Below, piece by piece: positions 38,946 to 48,291 of a stretch of DNA of 64,000 nt. The position numbers were made by a program, and so were the translations under genes. The stretch is from the NCBI GenBank assembly GCA_039679445.1, contig JBDKUY010000017.1:4065-68064 (forward strand). Reading direction: 5' to 3'. This DNA comes from Methanofastidiosum sp. (lineage in GTDB: Archaea > Methanobacteriota_B > Thermococci > Methanofastidiosales > Methanofastidiosaceae). The notes beneath the pieces are model-generated. The model did not search any database and had not been told where the DNA came from. It worked only from the letters and a program-made list of their open reading frames with translations. Position 1 is the first letter of the stretch; every line of letters starts with the position of its first letter.

Positions 38946-39704
38946 CAATGTGGTGATCCCATAACTGAACTTTCAGAAAAAGAAATTCAAAGGTATAAAA
39001 GACAATTAATCATAAAGGATTTTGGGGAAAAATCCCAGAAGATTCTGAAAGAGTCTACAATAACAGTGTTTGGTTGTGGGGGTCTTGGATGCCCCACTGC
39101 AACATACCTTGCTGCAAGTGGAGTTGGAAAAATAAATCTAATTGATTTTCAAAAACCTGAAATTTCTAATCTTAATAGGCAGGTAATGCATTTTGAAGGG
39201 GATATCGGAAAAAAAGATAAATCTGTCTCGCTTAAGGATAAACTGGAACAACTAAACAGCTCGATAGAAATAAAATCCTTTTCTTTGAAAATCGGTGAGA
39301 AAACGATTGGTAAATTCAAAGACTGTGATGTGTTAGTCGACTGCCTTGACAATTTTCACACAAGGTATCTTTTAAATGAATTTTCATTAAGGGAAAAAAT
39401 TCCACTTGTTCATGCCGCTGTTGAAGCATATTATGGGCAGATCACAACAATTATCCCTGGCAAAACTCCATGCATAAAATGCCTTTTCCCGAATATGCCG
39501 GATAAAAAAGAGGTATTTCCAATAATTGGGCCAACTTGTGGGGTAGTTGGATCTATTGAGGCTATGGAAGTTATTAAAGTACTTACTGGAGTTGGAGAAA
39601 CCCTATCGGGAAAACTACTGATTGTGGACTTAAAATGCATGGAATTTGAGACTATTAATTTTAAGAGAAAAGAAGACTGCTCAATTTGTTCAAAATATTT
39701 CTAA
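38946..39704 (+). CDS. E1-like ThiF/MoeB/UbaA family protein (SAMP-activating enzyme-like)
   Basis: ELSEKEIQRYKRQLII..FGEKSQKIL..VFGCGGLGCP nucleotide-binding motif, plus CIKC...CSIC zinc motif. The open frame starts after the stop at 38943..38945, but there is no ATG/GTG/TTG before 39066. The earliest candidate is ATA at 38961. Confidence 0.7.
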   Translation, partial: QCGDPITELSEKEIQRYKRQLIIKDFGEKSQKILKESTITVFGCGGLGCPTATYLAASGVGKINLIDFQKPEISNLNRQVMHFEGDIGKKDKSVSLKDKLEQLNSSIEIKSFSLKIGEKTIGKFKDCDVLVDCLDNFHTRYLLNEFSLREKIPLVHAAVEAYYGQITTIIPGKTPCIKCLFPNMPDKKEVFPIIGPTCGVVGSIEAMEVIKVLTGVGETLSGKLLIVDLKCMEFETINFKRKEDCSICSKYF

Positions 39705-39716
39705 TACAAAAAAGAA

Positions 39717-40019
39717 TTGGTTATTATTATGTCAATCTATATGATTGTTGAACCTCAAGAAATTATGGACAAAGAAAAATATAAAGAATATACCCAAAAA
39801 GTACCAAAGATTATTGAAAAATTTGGCGGTAGATATCTAACACGTAATGGAGAAGTTTCTTTAATTGAAGGCAATTGGGTGCCAGAACGCCTAGTTATCA
39901 TAGAATTTGAATCAAAAGATAAGTTTGAAACTTGGTGGAACTCTCCTGAATATCAAGAGATTGCTATTCTACGTGAGCGTTCAGCTAAGGTCAATGCAAT
40001 TGTTGTACAAGGAATATAA
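39717..40019 (+). CDS. DUF1330 domain protein
   Basis: 100 aa. Its YMIVEPQEI..KEYTQKVPKIIEKFGGRYL pattern matches DUF1330 (a ferredoxin-like dimeric alpha/beta barrel). Confidence 0.55.
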   Translation: MVIIMSIYMIVEPQEIMDKEKYKEYTQKVPKIIEKFGGRYLTRNGEVSLIEGNWVPERLVIIEFESKDKFETWWNSPEYQEIAILRERSAKVNAIVVQGI

Positions 40020-40024
40020 TTAAT

Positions 40025-40756
40025 TTAAGTATCTTCTAAGAATCCAACTTCAATATAGTATTGTGTGCTGACACCAATCATATATGTTCCGCCTTCATCT
40101 AGAGTTAATTCGTTTCCTTCCATGACTTCGAAATTCTTCCAGGCAGAACCGAAGTACTCAACAGTTTCATCTTCACTTCTAACAAATTGATCTTCAAACT
40201 TTGTATAGAATACTGTTGGAGGGGCAGAGCATAATGAGCTTCTGCATGTTACAACTGCCCTAATAACTTGGTCGCTCCTTATGGAATAAACATTTGCAAT
40301 TATCCCAACTTCGGGCATTTTATATCTTGCTTCTGGAATTAGTTTATAGAAAAACTTTGGTGCACATCCACATTCAACAGAGCATTTTTCTTTGATATTC
40401 TCCGGAGCACATATTCCATTTACGCACTTGTAGATCCATAGGTCTTCGCCTCTGCATTGGTCATTACATTTAATCCTTTGGCATAGATCAACTACACAAC
40501 CACATTTTTCAGAGCATGGCTCAATTCTTACAAAATCTACACATTCGCCATCTACACATTTTTGGCTCCAAAGGTCTTCACCTTTGCAGATGTCAGGGCA
40601 TTGAACATTCTCACAAAGATCAGTTTTTACAACAGGAGGAGGTTGTTCACTAGGCTTACTGCATCCTGAAACTAAAATAATTACAGTTATTAGGATAATT
40701 ATTCCAACAAGCCCTGCTCTCCTCTTACCCATGAAAATCTGAACTCTATAATTCAA
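40025..40756 (-). CDS. secreted cysteine-rich lipoprotein with two tandem 8-Cys modules
   Basis: Signal plus lipobox LVSGC, a proline linker, and the repeats CENVQCPDICKGEDLWSQKCVDGECVDFVRIEPCSEKCGC and CQRIKCNDQCRGEDLWIYKCVNGICAPENIKEKCSVECGC with identical Cys spacing. A further C-terminal domain of about 110 aa follows. Confidence 0.5.
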   Translation of the reverse strand: MNYRVQIFMGKRRAGLVGIIILITVIILVSGCSKPSEQPPPVVKTDLCENVQCPDICKGEDLWSQKCVDGECVDFVRIEPCSEKCGCVVDLCQRIKCNDQCRGEDLWIYKCVNGICAPENIKEKCSVECGCAPKFFYKLIPEARYKMPEVGIIANVYSIRSDQVIRAVVTCRSSLCSAPPTVFYTKFEDQFVRSEDETVEYFGSAWKNFEVMEGNELTLDEGGTYMIGVSTQYYIEVGFLEDT

Positions 40757-40811
40757 TATAAACTTTAAGGTTAGAAAATAAACTCACCCTTATATATTTG
40801 AAATTAGAAAT

Positions 40812-41573
40812 TTGACCATGGAGGATTTATCTAAGAGATTTTGGGAGATTGATGTCTTGAGAGGAATAGCCATAATGATGATGGTTTTATACCATTTAAG
40901 TTATGATCTTTATTTTCTAGGTGATTTCCCAATAAAAATATACTCACTTTCTTGGACTCTTTTCCAAAGAACGACTGCTTCTTTGTTCTTGTTGCTTGTC
41001 GGCATATCTTTAACAATTAGTTATTCAAAGCTTAAATCAAAATATCAAAAAAAAGAGCTTTTCATTAGAAATCTAAAAAGAGGCATTAAAATACTAGCGT
41101 GGGGTGCAGTCATAACAATCTTTACTTTTATATTTCTAACTAATGGTGTTATTCTCTTTGGTATACTTCATCTAATTGGGGTTTCAATAATAATATCATT
41201 TCCCTTACTAGACTACAAATACAAAAATCTTGTATTGGGATTAATAGTCATATTACTAGGGATATACCTACGTAATTTCACATTTGACACAACTTATCTC
41301 TTGTGGTTAGGGTTTGAGCCAAACTCTTTTTTCTCATTTGACTACTTCCCGATACTGCCTTGGTATGGTGTTGTCCTGATCGGTATTTTCTTAGGTAATT
41401 TAGCCTATCCGGAATCTAAAAGGAGATTCAATATACCTGATCTCTCAGGTAATATAACTTCAAGAAGTTTATCTTTCTTAGGAAAACATTCGCTGAAAAT
41501 TTACCTAATTCACCAGCCAATAATAGTCCTGATATTATACGCCCTAGGATTTGCCAATTTGTCTATTGTTTGA
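40812..41573 (+). CDS. DUF1624/acyltransferase-3-like membrane protein (HGSNAT-like)
   Basis: RFWEIDVLRGIAIMMMVLYHL N-terminal motif typical of this family. Multi-TM. Confidence 0.5.
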   Translation: MTMEDLSKRFWEIDVLRGIAIMMMVLYHLSYDLYFLGDFPIKIYSLSWTLFQRTTASLFLLLVGISLTISYSKLKSKYQKKELFIRNLKRGIKILAWGAVITIFTFIFLTNGVILFGILHLIGVSIIISFPLLDYKYKNLVLGLIVILLGIYLRNFTFDTTYLLWLGFEPNSFFSFDYFPILPWYGVVLIGIFLGNLAYPESKRRFNIPDLSGNITSRSLSFLGKHSLKIYLIHQPIIVLILYALGFANLSIV

Positions 41574-41579
41574 ATATAA

Positions 41580-42281
41580 TCAAATATACCCTTTTCTGGA
41601 GAGTATTCTTTTTATTACTTTAATATTGAAAGGTGCCCCGTGCCCCAGGTATAATGTGTCGGCCTTATTTTCAACTAGTTTTATCCAGCTTTGATATATA
41701 TCTTTTATGTTCTCTCCAAATATCGGTTCCCCTGCACCTACCCTAAGAGGAAGCCCATTCATAGCAAGGTCCCCTATGAAAGCCTCACCTGAATCTAGTA
41801 TAATGGATATTGAACCTTTTGAATGACCAGGGGTGTGAATAATCCTACCGTTGATACCATAATTGCTAAGATCAAAATCAGAATCAATAATAATATCTGG
41901 CTTTAGACGATTAAAGCTCGTATCAATAGATGCAACTTTACTTAATAGAATCTTACCCCAAATATTTAGTGGTTTTGCGCTCATTGAATCTGTTATCCCC
42001 AAATCCAAAATAGGCAAATCATCCTTATGAAGAAGTATTTTGGCTTCTGTTATTTTTTTTAATTCAGATACATTTCCAATATGATCATAATGCGCATGCG
42101 TCAAAATAATAAGCCCGATACTTTTTGGAGAGATCTCGTTATTCTCGAGAAAATCCAGAATTATTTTGGCCTTGCCCTTGTAGCCAGTATCAATTAGAAT
42201 ATTACTAGAGTTGGATTTCAAAAAATAGCAATTTGTTACCCCAACTTTTATAATATTAAACTTATTTTCCACATTTTTCAA
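41580..42281 (-). CDS. MBL-fold metallo-hydrolase
   Basis: THAHYDHIGN (HxHxDH), GHSKGS, and a conserved Asp/His downstream. Confidence 0.75.
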   Translation of the reverse strand: MKNVENKFNIIKVGVTNCYFLKSNSSNILIDTGYKGKAKIILDFLENNEISPKSIGLIILTHAHYDHIGNVSELKKITEAKILLHKDDLPILDLGITDSMSAKPLNIWGKILLSKVASIDTSFNRLKPDIIIDSDFDLSNYGINGRIIHTPGHSKGSISIILDSGEAFIGDLAMNGLPLRVGAGEPIFGENIKDIYQSWIKLVENKADTLYLGHGAPFNIKVIKRILSRKGYI

Positions 42282-42334
42282 TATATTAGAAAGTCTTATA
42301 AGTTTTATAGTCTATCCTGATTATAGGTGTTTAT

Positions 42335-42691
42335 ATGGAAGAAGAAATTAACAACGATGAAACAAGTGAAGACAGTCAAAAATTTCCTTTGCCAATGGGT
42401 ACCATTGTCAGGATCATGAGGACACATCTCGATAGTGACAAGATGATTTCGAGGAAGGTCAAGGAAGAGATGAATCTCTTTTTAGGTAAGATGCTTGAAG
42501 ATGTTTCTACTAAATTAAATGATAGCCCTTATGTCACAGTAGATGAAGTGATGTTCAGGGAAGCTGTAAAGCCTTATGAAAACATAAAAGCAGTTGAACT
42601 TGAAAAGAAGAGAATAATAAAGACCCTAGAGAAGATCAAAGCTGACTGTGATGTTTTGATAGAGGAAGTAAATAGGACCTTCAGATTATAA
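42335..42691 (+). CDS. histone-fold-like protein with acidic N-tail and C-terminal coiled coil
   Basis: PLPMGTIVRIMRTHLDSDKMISRKVKEEMNLFLGKMLEDVSTKLNDSPYVTVDEVMFREAV follows the histone-fold alpha1-L1-alpha2-L2-alpha3 spacing of archaeal histones/NC2. Confidence 0.4.
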   Translation: MEEEINNDETSEDSQKFPLPMGTIVRIMRTHLDSDKMISRKVKEEMNLFLGKMLEDVSTKLNDSPYVTVDEVMFREAVKPYENIKAVELEKKRIIKTLEKIKADCDVLIEEVNRTFRL

Positions 42692-42739
42692 ATTTTTTTT
42701 ACTTTATTAAAAAAATAATTAAAAATTAAAGATTAAATT

Positions 42740-43836
42740 TTTCCTAAAATTTGCTCTAAAAGCTCTTTTGCTTTTTTAAGGTCGTTTACTGCTTTAATGA
42801 TATTCCTGTTTTTTTAGCATTTTGAATGTATTGTTCTGCTTCGTTCCACATTGCTTTTATATTGTCAGGAACACTGCATCCTGCACTTGAAACTCCGCTC
42901 TGCTTACAATCTGCTGGAAGCTTATTTAATATCTGTGTCTGTAAGTTATTAACTGTTTTAATCTGTTGTTGTATGATGCCTTTAATTCTGCGTATGTGGG
43001 TAACTTTGAGTTATTTAGGACAACTATAGTGACAGTTGCTGTAGGTAGAGTTGAAACATCATTTGGCATTCCTCCGTACTCTAGTATGTACCCATCGATA
43101 TTTTCAGAATCTCTAAGAAGATCATTCCAAAATCCAGAGTAATAAAATTCTGTAACTCTCTCCCCCTCCACTGCCGTTATTTGGTTCTCCAAGAGTCCAA
43201 TTACATTAGATGTAACATTCTGGTTCAATATCTGAGTATCTTCCATAGAAAAATTTAGTGCCTGCTTCTGGACCTGTGGCCCAATACCAATTATCATCCG
43301 CATCACCAGTTACGCTGGGATCATCAGTAGCCCCTATCCATGCGGAATCTTCTTCGGATACTATTTCATTGTCTACAATGAACTCATTTTCTTCTTGAGA
43401 AGTTATGGTAACAAGATATCCTTTAAGTCCATAGAAGGTTTTTGCTGATGCATTCACGTTAGCATCATCCCAAGTAAAAGTACCTGAAACAAAGTCATAA
43501 TAGTGCCCAGTATCTATACAAAATTTTTCTATATTCTCGTCATTAAGAGGAACAGAGTAGGTAAATGTGTCAATTCCAAACCAATTTGGATCTGGTGTAT
43601 ACCTTATCATGCCGTTTTCTATAATGGCCGTACCATGCTTTGGTTGGCTAACCGGACCTATGTATTTAAGTTCTGTATTATCATTGGCCAATACATTAAT
43701 CAAAACTGTGCCGTCTTTATCGCATATGGCAGAGTCGTTTACTGCCCCCAGAAGCCCAAACTGAAGAAACTAAAAAGCAGGGCATAATCAAAGAAAATAT
43801 TAAGAGTGAAGTTATTATTTTTCTTATTGCTAACAT
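42740..43836 (-). pseudogene. decayed gene for a secreted cadherin-like plus C-type-lectin-domain protein (at least 3 frame disruptions)
   Basis: The signal peptide MLAIRKIITSLLIFSLIMPCFLVSSVWASGG is in one frame from ATG 43836. A shift at the G5 homopolymer (43745..43749) leads into AVNDS..VLANDNTELKYIG..YTPDPNWFGIDTFTYSV (cadherin/VCBS-like). CTLD motifs follow (TWDDANVNA..GYLVTITSQEENEFI..AWIGATD..NWYWATG; FYYSGFWND), split between the overlapping ORFs 43206..43703 and 42926..43306. There is a further shifted tail to about 42740. Confidence 0.55.
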
Positions 43837-44004
43837 AGTATTACGTCCATGCAATACATTATATATCAATTAATAATACACTAATATATAAATCTTTTGG
43901 AAATATTAGTTATCAATAATGGTAATCAATAACTAAAATAAAAGGTAACTAAAAAATAGAATATCTTTCTATAGAAAATTAATAAGAGAATTCAAATAGT
44001 AAAA

Positions 44005-44889
44005 TTATAGATTTATTTCCAAGAAGTCTTCTGCGACTATTGCATTTTCACAGTATTTTTTTGATTCTTCTTCGATTTCTTTTGTTTCGTATCGCTGACT
44101 TATATGCGTCAATACAAGTTTTTTTGCAGAAAGAAGCTGTGCAACTTCACATGCCTCCTTAACAGTAGAATGATATGTTTCTTTCTTATCTTCTTGAGAT
44201 ATGAATGTCGAGTCATGAATCAGGACATCACAGTGATATGCTTCCTCGGGGAATGTATCTATCTTCTCTGTGTCACCAGTATAGACTATCTTTTTTCCTT
44301 TCCTGTTCTTACCTGTTACTTCATCAATAGATATCTCTCTACCATTGACTTGAATTTTTCCATTTTTCTCCAGCAAATTGAACATCTCACCCTTTATACC
44401 AAGCTCATCACAAAGTTTTTTGTTAAATTTCCCTCTTGAATCATTTGCGGCAAAAACATACCCAATTGCAGGAACTCCGTGGGATACAGGAAATGGCTTT
44501 ATCCAATACCTGTCGAACTCTATCTTTTCATCAAATACTTCTATGACATGGATATCAAAATCTGCAGAAAAATAAGGTATTGAGAATAATTGTTTCATAT
44601 AAACAATGGTATCCTTTGGAACAAATACCTCAAGTAACTGCGTTCTGCCATTTAGTTTCATAGATTGTATTAGGCCCACAAGCCCCATCACATGGTCAGC
44701 ATGAAGATGTGTTATGAAGATTTTTGTTACTTTCATCGGTGAAACCTTCCTTATCATCTGCCTCTGTGTCCCCTCACCGCAGTCAAAAAGCATGAACTCA
44801 CCATTATTGTATTGTAAAGCTACAGAAGGAGGATTTCTATCCGAAGTAGGCTTGGACGCAGATGTTCCTAGGAATATAAGCTTCATCAT
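44005..44889 (-). CDS. rnz: ribonuclease Z (tRNA 3' endonuclease)
   Basis: MMKLIFLGTSASKPTSDRNPPSV..FDCGEGTQRQM..ITHLHADHVMGL. Short form, about 294 aa. Confidence 0.85.
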   Translation of the reverse strand: MMKLIFLGTSASKPTSDRNPPSVALQYNNGEFMLFDCGEGTQRQMIRKVSPMKVTKIFITHLHADHVMGLVGLIQSMKLNGRTQLLEVFVPKDTIVYMKQLFSIPYFSADFDIHVIEVFDEKIEFDRYWIKPFPVSHGVPAIGYVFAANDSRGKFNKKLCDELGIKGEMFNLLEKNGKIQVNGREISIDEVTGKNRKGKKIVYTGDTEKIDTFPEEAYHCDVLIHDSTFISQEDKKETYHSTVKEACEVAQLLSAKKLVLTHISQRYETKEIEEESKKYCENAIVAEDFLEINL

Positions 44890-44921
44890 ATTAAGAAAAG
44901 AATAGAAGTTTAAATTATTTA

Positions 44922-45596
44922 TTATAAAATTTCTATTTCTACCTCGCCTTTTTCGTTAGATTCATTAATAACAATGAAATACCAATATCCTGGGTGGGGT
45001 ACATTATAGCTTGTTCTCACTAAAGGTCCAGTATTAGAAGATAATTCTATTCCAGTTATTCCTTCTGTGGAGAAAGGAAGAAACCAGTTAGCTTTCAAGA
45101 ATTTTTCATATGTTTCTTCGTCAATGAAGTAAATCGAAACATTTCCTGTTTTAATTTGATATTTAAACTCTAAACTTTGATCTTTAAAGGCTTCTAATTT
45201 AATGGAATCGTATTTCTTATAAGGATAAACAGTTAAAGTTTTTTTAATATTATAATAATTAGATATACTTGAAGGTAAAATTAACTGTTTTGACATTAGA
45301 GTTTTACTTAAAGTATAATCATTGGTGTCTAAACCCAAAATATTATTACATTCTTTAATTCTCTCATTTGAAGTATATGCTAAATAATTATTACCTGCTT
45401 TAATGGCTTCGTTGTGTGAATATATAAAAAAATCCTTTGCTTTTAGAAAATTTTCAGCCCTCATAAAAGTTGCACCTGTGCTGTAAAGGTCCTGAGCAAC
45501 TTGATTCTTCTGTTGATTATTAAAGGAAGAAACGGCAATGAGATTAGAGAATAGTAAAATAAAAGTTAATAAACACAAACAATATATCTTTTTCAT
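44922..45596 (-). CDS. secreted hypothetical protein
   Basis: Signal peptide MKKIYCLCLLTFILLFSNLIAVSS. The mature part is Tyr/Asn-rich with no known motif. Confidence 0.4.
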   Translation of the reverse strand: MKKIYCLCLLTFILLFSNLIAVSSFNNQQKNQVAQDLYSTGATFMRAENFLKAKDFFIYSHNEAIKAGNNYLAYTSNERIKECNNILGLDTNDYTLSKTLMSKQLILPSSISNYYNIKKTLTVYPYKKYDSIKLEAFKDQSLEFKYQIKTGNVSIYFIDEETYEKFLKANWFLPFSTEGITGIELSSNTGPLVRTSYNVPHPGYWYFIVINESNEKGEVEIEIL

Positions 45597-45617
45597 GGAA
45601 ATAGATAATTTCCGATA

Positions 45618-46187
45618 TTATTTAAGCTTATCTTCTAATTTATCATTGATTAATATGCAGCCAGTCCAGACAATCTTATCTGGGTAAAACTTATTGTCAA
45701 GACCAAAATTATCAAGAAGTTTTTGTACATCAATCCCAAGTGATTCTAAAGAGGGTCTTGCCTTGTGAGGATGTTTGCAAGGTCTATTTGTTATAGCTTT
45801 ACACTCTATGCAAAAAGAACAACTGCCACCCACTAAGCCCCACGACACAATTCCTTTTTGGGAAAGAAAATTTTCTAGCTCCAGTATCTTCTTGTGAAAG
45901 TCAATTTTAGATCTTTTGACTTTATTTTTGTCTTCTTTTACATCTACATCTTCAAAATATCTTATCAAGATAGCTTTGTTATAACTGGATAATTTAGACT
46001 TGATCTCTTCAACTGTGCCTATAGATGGGGGGCACATGTAATGTTTTCCATAATTGTCACATATATTCTGATAACAATACTCCCTGATTCTTTCTTCAGG
46101 AATTAATAAAGATGGATCAAATTCAATGAATCCTATCAATCCTATTTTTTCAGATAATGACTTTAGCTCTAAAATATAATCTTTCAC
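45618..46187 (-). CDS. Cys-rich predicted metal-binding protein (DUF2284-like)
   Basis: 189 aa, with CYQNIC, CPPS and GGSCSFCIEC..PCKHPH cysteine clusters. Family assignment is tentative. Confidence 0.35.
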   Translation of the reverse strand: MKDYILELKSLSEKIGLIGFIEFDPSLLIPEERIREYCYQNICDNYGKHYMCPPSIGTVEEIKSKLSSYNKAILIRYFEDVDVKEDKNKVKRSKIDFHKKILELENFLSQKGIVSWGLVGGSCSFCIECKAITNRPCKHPHKARPSLESLGIDVQKLLDNFGLDNKFYPDKIVWTGCILINDKLEDKLK

Positions 46188-46237
46188 AATCCTAATTCAA
46201 AAGTAAATCTTTTAAGATTAAAGGTTTTTTTTAGGAT

Positions 46238-46639
46238 ATGATTTCTTTTACAGTTAAGGGCCATCCCAAAATCACCGCTGAGCACAGAAGCACTTTAGAA
46301 TTCACAAAAGATGACCATATCAAAGGGAACGGTGATTGTATATTGGGCATCTCATCAGATCATGATATTGATGAACTTAACAAACTAAATGGAAGATTAA
46401 TTTTTGTAATGAAGGCGGATGAAATCGAAGAGACTTTTGAAGCCATAATCCCAAAAAATCATAAAATAACTGATCAAAGGGAGCTTGTCATAAGAACATC
46501 TTCGTTTATCTCAGGCAGAACCTATGCCATAGCATCAAGCAAAGCCTCACTTGACATTGACAGAGACTTAATTGAAGCTCTAAAAAAAGGCAAAGAAATG
46601 AAAGTAATTATCTATGAGAAATCAAAATCTATGCAATAG
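46238..46639 (+). CDS. conserved archaeal hypothetical protein (possibly DUF371)
   Basis: 133 aa, MISFTVKGHPKITAEHRSTLEFTKDDHIKGNGDCILGI. Resembles small archaeal DUF371 proteins. Low certainty. Confidence 0.3.
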   Translation: MISFTVKGHPKITAEHRSTLEFTKDDHIKGNGDCILGISSDHDIDELNKLNGRLIFVMKADEIEETFEAIIPKNHKITDQRELVIRTSSFISGRTYAIASSKASLDIDRDLIEALKKGKEMKVIIYEKSKSMQ

Positions 46640-47601
46640 ATATCTGTGTTCGGCGAATAGCTCTTTACAGTCCGTTCAGATAGAAACTCAATCTTCTTAG
46701 CATATTTTTCTGATTCTTCAGTTATCCTTTTCTTGACGAGATTAATATTTTCAGAAACTGCGTAGAAGTGAACTATGGTATTTTTATATGCTGAAAATAC
46801 ATCTGGAAGGAATTCAAATGAAGAGTGAGGCAAATTCATGATTATCCTATCAGGATTTTCAATATTCTTTATTTCGATTCTTGAATCACCATGTATCGGG
46901 ACAATATTATAAGTCTTGTTAAGGGCAATATTTTTCTTAAGGTAGTATATGGCCACTTCATTTATATCAATCGAATATATTTTTTTAGGCTCTGACTTTT
47001 TAGAGATCATGAGAGAAAATGGTCCAACGCCACAGAACATGTCCAAGATTACCTCATCTTTCTTAACAAGGGATGTTATCCTTTTCCTCTCCTCGGATAA
47101 TCTTGGTGAGAAATATACCTTGGAAACATCAAGTAAAATTCTTACCCCAAACTCCCGATAGACAGTTTCTGTGATATGGTCGCCAGCGATAAGCTCTAGT
47201 TTAGGAACCCTGTACTCTCCTTCAATACTATCCTTTCTAAAAACTGCTTTGATAAATGGATTTAACTCTAAAAGTGCTTCACCTATCATATTTTGATAAG
47301 GTATGAGCTCATCACTCAACTGTATCAATGCTATATTCCCTATTGCGTCAAAAGCCCGGAGTTTTAAAAGGTAAGATTCGGGGATTTTTTTTGATAGTAT
47401 TTCTCTTAAAGAGCTTTTTCTCTTCTCAAGTGGCATGAAATCATAATCTACAATATCATAATCCTTAATCTTCTCTTTGAGTGGCATTATTACAAAGTCG
47501 CCATCATAGGCAATTTTAAAATTAATATCAAGGACTCCCTTATCTAAAAGAGAAATTCTGTGCTTTTCTGCTTCTGACCTAGAGACTCTTGCACCTATCA
47601 T
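46612..47601 (-). CDS. Trm5/Taw2 (Met-10+) family tRNA methyltransferase / aminocarboxypropyltransferase
   Basis: YFSPRLSEERKRI (the Trm5 NPRL..E region), DMFCGVGPFS (motif I) and NLPHSS (motif IV). It cannot be told from sequence alone whether this is the m1G37 Trm5 or the wybutosine Taw2. Confidence 0.75.
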   Translation of the reverse strand: MIGARVSRSEAEKHRISLLDKGVLDINFKIAYDGDFVIMPLKEKIKDYDIVDYDFMPLEKRKSSLREILSKKIPESYLLKLRAFDAIGNIALIQLSDELIPYQNMIGEALLELNPFIKAVFRKDSIEGEYRVPKLELIAGDHITETVYREFGVRILLDVSKVYFSPRLSEERKRITSLVKKDEVILDMFCGVGPFSLMISKKSEPKKIYSIDINEVAIYYLKKNIALNKTYNIVPIHGDSRIEIKNIENPDRIIMNLPHSSFEFLPDVFSAYKNTIVHFYAVSENINLVKKRITEESEKYAKKIEFLSERTVKSYSPNTDIYCIDFDFS

Positions 47602-47613
47602 GGCATCTAACGA

Positions 47614-48288
47614 TTAGAATATTTCTGTCCCTTTATGCTTTCCCTCTATGATGGCCTTTATGTTCTTGAGCTCTTCCTTCCCACAGACTATGGTCTTTAT
47701 CTTTGACCGCTTCAAAATTTTTGCTGCCAATGGATCAATAACTGCATTGACTCCTGCTTCTGCCTTTGTTCCTTCAACTATCTCAAGAAGATTTTCGTGG
47801 CTGATTTTTCCAAGCTTCTTTGCATCAGAGAATTTTCGGGGATCTTTATCGTATACGCCATCTACATTTGTGAATCTCAAGAATAAATCTGCACCTACAA
47901 ATTCAGCAAGCATTGAAGAAACAGCATCAGTTGTATGCCCTGGATGTGTTCCACCGAGTACAGGTATCTTGCCTAAATACAATGTTGACAACGCATGCTT
48001 AAAATCATTTGAAACTTCTACTGGGGCCTTTTTTCCTAAAGCGCCCATAAAAAGAGAAGCATTCAGTTTAGCAACTTCCATCCCGACAAAATCAAGGAAC
48101 GTGTCATCTTTTCCGATATCTTTTAGGGCCTGGATATATTCTCTTGCGATTGTTCCTCCGCCAACAACTACTAGGAATTCATGAGTGTTCGAGAGTGAAA
48201 CAATTTGTTTGGAAACATTCTTTACCAGTTCAACATCAATTTTATCTGGGAAAACAAGAGATCCGCCAATCTTTAAAACAATCCTCAT
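47614..48288 (-). CDS. pyrH: amino-acid-kinase-fold enzyme, most likely archaeal UMP kinase
   Basis: MRIVLKIGGSL..VVVGGG..GGTHPGHTTDAVSSMLAE. 224 aa, which fits archaeal PyrH better than isopentenyl phosphate kinase. Confidence 0.6.
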   Translation of the reverse strand: MRIVLKIGGSLVFPDKIDVELVKNVSKQIVSLSNTHEFLVVVGGGTIAREYIQALKDIGKDDTFLDFVGMEVAKLNASLFMGALGKKAPVEVSNDFKHALSTLYLGKIPVLGGTHPGHTTDAVSSMLAEFVGADLFLRFTNVDGVYDKDPRKFSDAKKLGKISHENLLEIVEGTKAEAGVNAVIDPLAAKILKRSKIKTIVCGKEELKNIKAIIEGKHKGTEIF

Positions 48289-48291
48289 AAA

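Noticed and set aside
42826-43029. 67-aa plus-strand ORF in the lectin pseudogene region
   Set aside because: It is Cys/Leu-rich nonsense antisense to recognisable CTLD coding sequence.
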